Positions 58,914 through 64,000 of a stretch of DNA of 64,000 nt are shown piece by piece. The stretch is from Anaerolineae bacterium. Lineage in GTDB: Bacteria > Chloroflexota > Anaerolineae > B4-G1 > SLSP01. The stretch covers positions 27,439 through 91,438 of the forward strand of contig DAOTVC010000076.1 of NCBI GenBank assembly GCA_034437215.1, read 5' to 3'. The notes below the pieces were generated by a model. The model searched no databases. It saw only the letters and a program-made list of their open reading frames with translations, and was not told the origin of the DNA. A program made the translations under genes and the position numbers. Every line of letters begins with the position of its first letter. The stretch's first letter is position 1.

Positions 58914-60262
58914 GCGACTCGGCCAGGCGGCGAGGTAGTGAGGCAAACGCAGCGCTCGACGGGCTGCGGAGCAAGCTAGCGGACCAGGGCGCGAAGCTGG
59001 CCGTCATCGGGCTGGGCTACGTGGGGCTGCCGGTGGCCTGCCTCTTTGCCGAGGCGGGCTTCGACGTGCTCGGCGTGGACGTGCAGGCGGAGCGGGTGGA
59101 ACGGATCAATGCCGGCGTCTCGCCCATCGAGGGCGATGAGCCGGGGCTGGCGGACCTGTTGGTAGCAGTGATCGGCAGCCGTCGACTGCGCGCCACCACC
59201 GACTACGCCGCCCTCGCCGACCGGGAGGTCATCCTCATCTGCGTGGAGACGCCGGTGGACGAACAGCACGTGCCCCGCTACGTGGCCTTAAAGAGCGTTC
59301 TGCGTTCGCTGGGGCCGGTGCTCAAAGAGGACGCGCTGGTGGTCGTCGAATCCACCATCGCGCCGGGCACCATGGCAAATGTCGTCAAGCCCCTCCTGGA
59401 GGAGAGCTCGGGTAAGCAGGTGAACGTAAGTTTCTTCCTGGGCCACTGCCCGGAGCGGGTGATGCCGGGCAAGCTGCTGGCGAATCTGCGCGGCGTGAGC
59501 CGGGTCTGCGGCGGGGAGACGCCGGAGACGGCGGCCGTGATGCAGGACCTCTACCGGCAGGTGGTGCGGGCCGATCTGGACGCGGCGGATTGCGTCACGG
59601 CGGAGCTGGTCAAGACGGCGGAGAACGCCTACCGCGACGTGAACATCGCCTTCGCCAACGAGGTGGCCCTCATCTGCGAGGCGGTGGGCGGGGACGTCTG
59701 GCGGGTGCGGGAGCTGGTCAACAAATCGCCGGGTCGCCACATGCTCTATCCTGGCGCCGGGGTGGGCGGGCACTGCATCCCCAAGGACCCGTGGCTGCTG
59801 AGCTACCAGGCGCGGGAGCAGGGTGTACCCGTGCGGCTCATCCCGGCGGCGCGGGCGGTGAACGAGTCCATGCCGCTGCACATGGTCGAGCTGCTGGAGG
59901 AGGCCTTGGCAGAGGCGGGCGTGGCTCTGGCGGACGCACGCGTGCTGGTCATGGGGTACGCCTACCTGGAGAACTCCGATGACACGCGCCACTCGCCCAG
60001 CGCCGTGCTGGTGGCGCGATTGCGGGAGCTCGGTGCGGAGGTGGTGATCCACGATCCGTACGTGGCGGAGTATCAGGGGGATCTGGTGGCGACGGCACAG
60101 GGCTGCGACGCGGTGGCAGTGATGGTGGCGCATGATGAGTACCGGGAGCTGGATTGGGAGGCGTTGGACGTGGCGGTGCTGGTGGATGGACGGCGGGTGG
60201 TCGATCTGACGGCATTACGTGCGGCGGGATTCATCTGTTATGGGGTAGGAACTGCTCCCTGA
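58910..60262 (+). CDS. UDP-N-acetyl-D-glucosamine (or mannosamine) 6-dehydrogenase (WbpA/WecC-like nucleotide-sugar dehydrogenase).
   Basis: VIGLGYVGLP Rossmann motif; GGHCIPKDP catalytic Cys motif. ATGA overlap with the upstream gene. Confidence 0.85.
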   Translation: MSDSARRRGSEANAALDGLRSKLADQGAKLAVIGLGYVGLPVACLFAEAGFDVLGVDVQAERVERINAGVSPIEGDEPGLADLLVAVIGSRRLRATTDYAALADREVILICVETPVDEQHVPRYVALKSVLRSLGPVLKEDALVVVESTIAPGTMANVVKPLLEESSGKQVNVSFFLGHCPERVMPGKLLANLRGVSRVCGGETPETAAVMQDLYRQVVRADLDAADCVTAELVKTAENAYRDVNIAFANEVALICEAVGGDVWRVRELVNKSPGRHMLYPGAGVGGHCIPKDPWLLSYQAREQGVPVRLIPAARAVNESMPLHMVELLEEALAEAGVALADARVLVMGYAYLENSDDTRHSPSAVLVARLRELGAEVVIHDPYVAEYQGDLVATAQGCDAVAVMVAHDEYRELDWEALDVAVLVDGRRVVDLTALRAAGFICYGVGTAP

Positions 60263-60284
60263 CGGACACGCACCCCTACAAGCG

Positions 60285-60320
60285 AAAAAACCGGTGCAAC
60301 TCCAACAGCACCGGTTTCTT
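60285..60320 (+). terminator. Terminator-like hairpin after the dehydrogenase gene (aaccggtgc ... gcaccggtt, A-tract before and T-rich after).
   Basis: gaaaaaaccggtgcaactccaacagcaccggtttcttcg. Confidence 0.6.
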
Positions 60321-60341
60321 CGCGTATTGGAGAAGTATAGC

Positions 60342-61259
60342 ATGCCACGGTTGAAAGAATTTAAAACCCTGTGCCAGGTGATCGAACAGAAGAGCTTCTC
60401 ACGTGCAGCAGAGCTCCTGGGTCTGACCCAACCAGCGGTCAGCCTACAGATCAAGTCACTTGAAGCAGAATACGGTGCGGAGCTCTTACATCGAGAGGGT
60501 TTTGAGATATTGCCTACGGAAAACGGCGAGGTCGTCTACAATTTTGCCTGCCAAATCATCGATCTCTATCTCCGCTCTCAGGAAGCAGTCCAGGCTTCAC
60601 TTGTAGAGACGCGGGGGCATCTGAGCATCGGGGCCAGCACCGGACCCGGTGAGTATCTGCTCCCACTGCTTTTAGGACGCTTCAAGGGCGCGAATCCAGA
60701 TGTGACTGTCTCACTACGTGTGGGGGATTCCAATGAGATTATCGAGCACGTCCTACAACAACGACTGGAAGTAGGGTTTGTGGGGGCGACACGCCGCGAT
60801 CGCCATCTGACGTTCGAGCCCTTCTTGCACGACGAACTGATTCTGGTGGTATATCCAGAGCATCCCTGGGCGCAACGAAAGCACATCACCTACGAGGAAT
60901 TGCTTCAGGCGCCCCTGGTGCTTCAACAACAAGGCTCGGGTGCACGGGCAACCTTACAGGAGGCCCTGCATCGCTATGGCATCACACTACAGCAACTGCA
61001 TCCTGTGATGGAGGTCGGTTTGCAGGAGTCAACAAAGGCCGCTGTACGCTCAGGCTTCGGGGTGACCATTATTTCACGCCTGGGCGCGACAGATGAGTTG
61101 CATCGGGGAATCCTGATTGAGGTACCTATCGAGGATGTTAATATGGCGCATGATTTCCACGTCGTATATCTGCGCACTTTACCGCTACCTAACCTGGCCA
61201 GAACTTTTTTGGACTTTGCCCGCATCACCGCTCAAGAGATCTCCGCGGGACGTAAGTAG
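60342..61259 (+). CDS. LysR-family transcriptional regulator.
   Basis: N-terminal HTH (FSRAAELLGLTQPAVSLQIKSLE) plus LysR substrate-binding domain. GGAGAAG RBS. Lower-GC region. Confidence 0.85.
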   Translation: MPRLKEFKTLCQVIEQKSFSRAAELLGLTQPAVSLQIKSLEAEYGAELLHREGFEILPTENGEVVYNFACQIIDLYLRSQEAVQASLVETRGHLSIGASTGPGEYLLPLLLGRFKGANPDVTVSLRVGDSNEIIEHVLQQRLEVGFVGATRRDRHLTFEPFLHDELILVVYPEHPWAQRKHITYEELLQAPLVLQQQGSGARATLQEALHRYGITLQQLHPVMEVGLQESTKAAVRSGFGVTIISRLGATDELHRGILIEVPIEDVNMAHDFHVVYLRTLPLPNLARTFLDFARITAQEISAGRK

Positions 61260-61340
61260 TCTCTATAAGAATTTCTTATTTGACGATAAGTGTCCAGGGC
61301 ATGTAGAATAAGTGAACGATTTTGCAGAAAGGAGAATCGC

Positions 61341-62333
61341 ATGAAGCGCGCCCCAAAAATAAACTTTCGATATGCAAGAAAATCGTTCATTCTCTCGCTA
61401 GGGATGGTTCTGATGATTCTGACAAGTTGTGGAGGCGATGCCGGCACAACAATTCGCTACGGTGGCCAATACTATCCTGAAGAGTTTCTCTTACAAGGCT
61501 ATCCAGAACTGTGGACAGAGCAAGACCTTGTAGTCGAACATATCTTGTTCAGTTCGGGGACAGAAAACAACCAAGCGCTTATCGCCGGTGAGATCGACAT
61601 CAATGTCGGCGCTGACAGCAAAACGGTGGCTCTTTTTAATGCTATATCTGAAGAAGCGCTGATCATCGCAACCAGCCAACGTGGCGACCGTTACTCCACA
61701 ATTGTGAGAGGGGATTCCGATTTCCAGAGCTGGGACGATCTGCGAGGACACACCGTTGGTGTACGCCTAGGCACTGGCGCGGAACAGGTACTCCTGCGCT
61801 ACTTCGAAGGACAGCCAGACCTCGCCTGGGAGGATTTCGACTGGGTAAATCTCGGTGTGGAAGACATGATCGCCGCGTTACAGAGCGGCAGCATTGACGC
61901 TTTTACCGCCTGGGAGCCGACCCCGGCGATTGCAGAGGCGCAGGGTGTGGGTCGTGTGCTACTTAGTTACGGAGACATCGCCATCGTGCCTGTCTCCATC
62001 CACACGACGCGGGCTTTTGCGGAAAGCCATCGCGGTGCGCTGGTAGGTTTCCTGGCGGCGCACATCGCCAAAGTGGAGATGATCGAGAATGACCCCCAGC
62101 TCGCTGCCGAACTCGCTGTTGAGGCAGCCGCAGCACAGGGAGTGGAGGTTTCCGCTGATGCCTTCTTACGCATCTTCGAGCGCGTGGATTTCTCGTTGGA
62201 GTTTGATGGGCAGGCACTTCGTGCTCTGGAAGATACCGCACAGTTTCTCTATGATCAGGATCGCATCGATGCCATCCCTGACTTTTCCTGGGACAACAGC
62301 TTCCTTGAGGAGGCACAAGCGCTGAATGACTGA
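61341..62333 (+). CDS. NitT/TauT-family (SsuA/NMT1-like) ABC transporter substrate-binding lipoprotein.
   Basis: Lipobox LTSCGG; AAAGGAGAA RBS; NMT1/SsuA-like body. Confidence 0.8.
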   Translation: MKRAPKINFRYARKSFILSLGMVLMILTSCGGDAGTTIRYGGQYYPEEFLLQGYPELWTEQDLVVEHILFSSGTENNQALIAGEIDINVGADSKTVALFNAISEEALIIATSQRGDRYSTIVRGDSDFQSWDDLRGHTVGVRLGTGAEQVLLRYFEGQPDLAWEDFDWVNLGVEDMIAALQSGSIDAFTAWEPTPAIAEAQGVGRVLLSYGDIAIVPVSIHTTRAFAESHRGALVGFLAAHIAKVEMIENDPQLAAELAVEAAAAQGVEVSADAFLRIFERVDFSLEFDGQALRALEDTAQFLYDQDRIDAIPDFSWDNSFLEEAQALND

Positions 62334-63132
62334 ACTGAAACGCTGGAGCGCGAAGTTAAGGAGCGTATGGTTACCGTTCCTAGTGGTGGCGCTCTTCCTG
62401 TGTAGCTGGCAGATATTAACCAGCACGCGCATCATCAATCCGGCACTGTTTCCAGCCCCAACTAAGATTTTAAACGAACTGGTAATCCTTCACACGAAGG
62501 ATTTACCAGTTCGTTCTGTGCTATTCAGCCATGTATGGATCACCTTGCAACGCACCTTTATCGCCGCTGGGATTGGGATCATGGTCGGAGTGTTGCTAGG
62601 TGTGCTGATGGGCGTTAGCCGGCCACTCTATCGCTTCTGCGATCCGCTCATCACACTGCTGATGCCCATCCCGGGGATTGCCATGGCGCCTCTATTCATC
62701 ATCTGGCTAGGGTTCGGTAATCCCTCCATCATCACCCTGGGAATCATCGCCACATTCTTCCCTGTCGTCTATAATACCGCAGCCGGTGTACGCAGCATGG
62801 ACAAGCAGCTCGTGCGCGCAGCGCGGATCATGGGGGCGCATCGCTTTGAGATACTGATCACGATCTACCTGCCTTGGGCAGCGGGGCACACACTCACCGG
62901 AGTGAAATTGGGATTGGCGCGTTGCTGGCGAACGATCATTGCCGTGGAATTCGTCGCCGCAGCAAGCTGGGGATTGGGCTATATGATTTGGAACGCAGCG
63001 GAGTACCTGCGCGCCGGTCTCGTCTATGGCGGCATTGGGCTGCTCATTGTACTCTATTTTTTGCTCGAACAACTCATTCTCGTGCCTTTAGAAAAGCATA
63101 CTATCGAAAAGTGGGGCATGATCAAGAGATGA
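62326..63132 (+). CDS. NitT/TauT-family ABC transporter permease.
   Basis: 6-TM BPD-transport permease with an EAA-like loop. Confidence 0.85.
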   Translation: MTELKRWSAKLRSVWLPFLVVALFLCSWQILTSTRIINPALFPAPTKILNELVILHTKDLPVRSVLFSHVWITLQRTFIAAGIGIMVGVLLGVLMGVSRPLYRFCDPLITLLMPIPGIAMAPLFIIWLGFGNPSIITLGIIATFFPVVYNTAAGVRSMDKQLVRAARIMGAHRFEILITIYLPWAAGHTLTGVKLGLARCWRTIIAVEFVAAASWGLGYMIWNAAEYLRAGLVYGGIGLLIVLYFLLEQLILVPLEKHTIEKWGMIKR

Positions 63133-63932
63133 TAGCAGAAACGAGAGACTGCTGGCAGGCCAGGCTCAAAGCGCTGGGTGAATTTCTGTTACCCTTCTTA
63201 ATCCTGGGAACGCTCTGGGAATTGTTGGCCCGCTTGGGCATCGCCAGGATAGAGCTGCTGCCGCCACCGACACAGCTCCTGCGAAAGTTATGGGAGCTCA
63301 CCCGCAATGGTATTCTGTTGCATCATCTGGCACAAAGTGGATATCGGCTACTTCTAGGTTATCTACTTGCAATCATTTGCGGCGTTACCATGGGCACCCT
63401 GCTGGCCATCCACGAGACGATCTACAAATTATTCGCCCCTATTCTTAGCCTCTTAATCTCGGTGCCAACTATCGCCTGGGTTCCGGTGTTGTTATTGGTG
63501 ATGGGACTGGGGGATCGCACCGTCATCACAGCGGTCTTTCTGGGAGGTTTCTTCGCCATTACCCACAACACGATGCGTGGTATCCAGATGGTAGACCGGA
63601 ATTTAATCCACGCAGCGCGGGGCATGGGCATCCGAGGACTCAAATTGTTTACTACAGTGCTTTTACCAGGCTCGTTGGTCTCGCTCATCGCCGGGCTGCG
63701 GTTGGGAATTGGGTACTCGTGGCGCGCGCTGATTGGAGGTGAGATGCTTTCGGCCATGATTACGTGGGGTATCGGCAAGATGATCTATCAGGCTCGCTTC
63801 TGGAATGACGTCACCATCATGTTTGTGGGCTTGTTGATCATCGGTCTCACAGGGTTATTGATGGATCGAACGTTGTTAAATTCGCTAGAACGCCAAACCA
63901 TAGAAAGATGGGGCTTGGTGACCGAGAGGTAA
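63129..63932 (+). CDS. NitT/TauT-family ABC transporter permease (second copy).
   Basis: Start at MIAETRD (ATGA overlap with the upstream permease); permease topology. Confidence 0.8.
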   Translation: MIAETRDCWQARLKALGEFLLPFLILGTLWELLARLGIARIELLPPPTQLLRKLWELTRNGILLHHLAQSGYRLLLGYLLAIICGVTMGTLLAIHETIYKLFAPILSLLISVPTIAWVPVLLLVMGLGDRTVITAVFLGGFFAITHNTMRGIQMVDRNLIHAARGMGIRGLKLFTTVLLPGSLVSLIAGLRLGIGYSWRALIGGEMLSAMITWGIGKMIYQARFWNDVTIMFVGLLIIGLTGLLMDRTLLNSLERQTIERWGLVTER

Positions 63933-63935
63933 AAC

Positions 63936-64000
63936 GTGCAGGAAAAGCAGGTAATAATCAAAATTGAAAATGTAAGTAAGATCTTCGGGAATGGGAACGG
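63936..64000 (+). CDS. ABC transporter ATP-binding protein, N-terminal fragment (continues beyond the window).
   Basis: GTG start after a GAGAGG RBS; reads VQEKQVIIKIENVSKIFGNGN (typical ABC ATPase N-terminus). Confidence 0.5.
   Translation, partial: MQEKQVIIKIENVSKIFGNGN

Overview
This 64 kb window is high-GC (roughly 65-68%) bacterial chromosome, densely coding, with mostly housekeeping and cell-envelope genes. Archaeal-type ApgM and ProRS, a sortase, a GerMN-domain lipoprotein and Gram-positive-type LexA (Cheo) boxes suggest a Chloroflexota/Thermomicrobia-like or other monoderm-type high-GC lineage. That lineage assignment is inference.

Supported genes: a metal ABC transporter fragment; an atypical LuxR-type response regulator; two secreted repeat proteins; a compact minus-strand gene string (UspA, a 2863-aa cyclic beta-1,2-glucan synthase, a divergent PRPP-synthetase paralog, a membrane-anchored sulfite-oxidase-family molybdoenzyme, PolX); ApgM plus a sugar ABC transporter; a small redox operon (PNPOx-like flavoprotein, PAS protein, ferredoxin, SDR, CxxCH lipoprotein) next to a stand-alone receiver; rplU-rpmA-rpmE (L31 carries a C-terminal RNAP alpha-CTD-like extension); tdk, two tandem hpt paralogs, purA and purB, with nadB convergent; sortase; holA; a four-gene operon encoding an FtsK-like ATPase, a small 2-TM membrane protein and two tiny translationally coupled proteins; moeB; a DUF3048 lipoprotein; a membrane-fused spermidine-synthase-like protein; lexA; pepA; an operon of MazG-like protein, metallophosphoesterase and ParB-like/triplicated-DUF4032 protein; proS; moeA; tRNA-Thr(CGU); udk; a WbpD/E/B/A-like UDP-2,3-diacetamido-2,3-dideoxy-glucuronate pathway cluster; and a lower-GC block (LysR regulator plus NitT/TauT-type ABC transporter).

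Most notable observations:
- A textbook LexA-box-containing consensus promoter sits in front of the FtsK-like operon and parallels the lexA promoter; this is a candidate SOS-induced DNA-translocase module.
- Two related 15-bp tandem iteron arrays lie directly against the start codons of two unrelated genes.
- The MazG / metallophosphoesterase / ParB-DUF4032x3 nucleotide-centred operon is one of those two iteron-preceded genes.
- L31 is fused to an alpha-CTD-like domain.
- A LuxR-family regulator has a pseudo-receiver lacking all phospho-acceptor residues.

No CRISPR arrays, IS elements or rRNA were seen. Many antisense ORFs in the six-frame track are high-GC artefacts.
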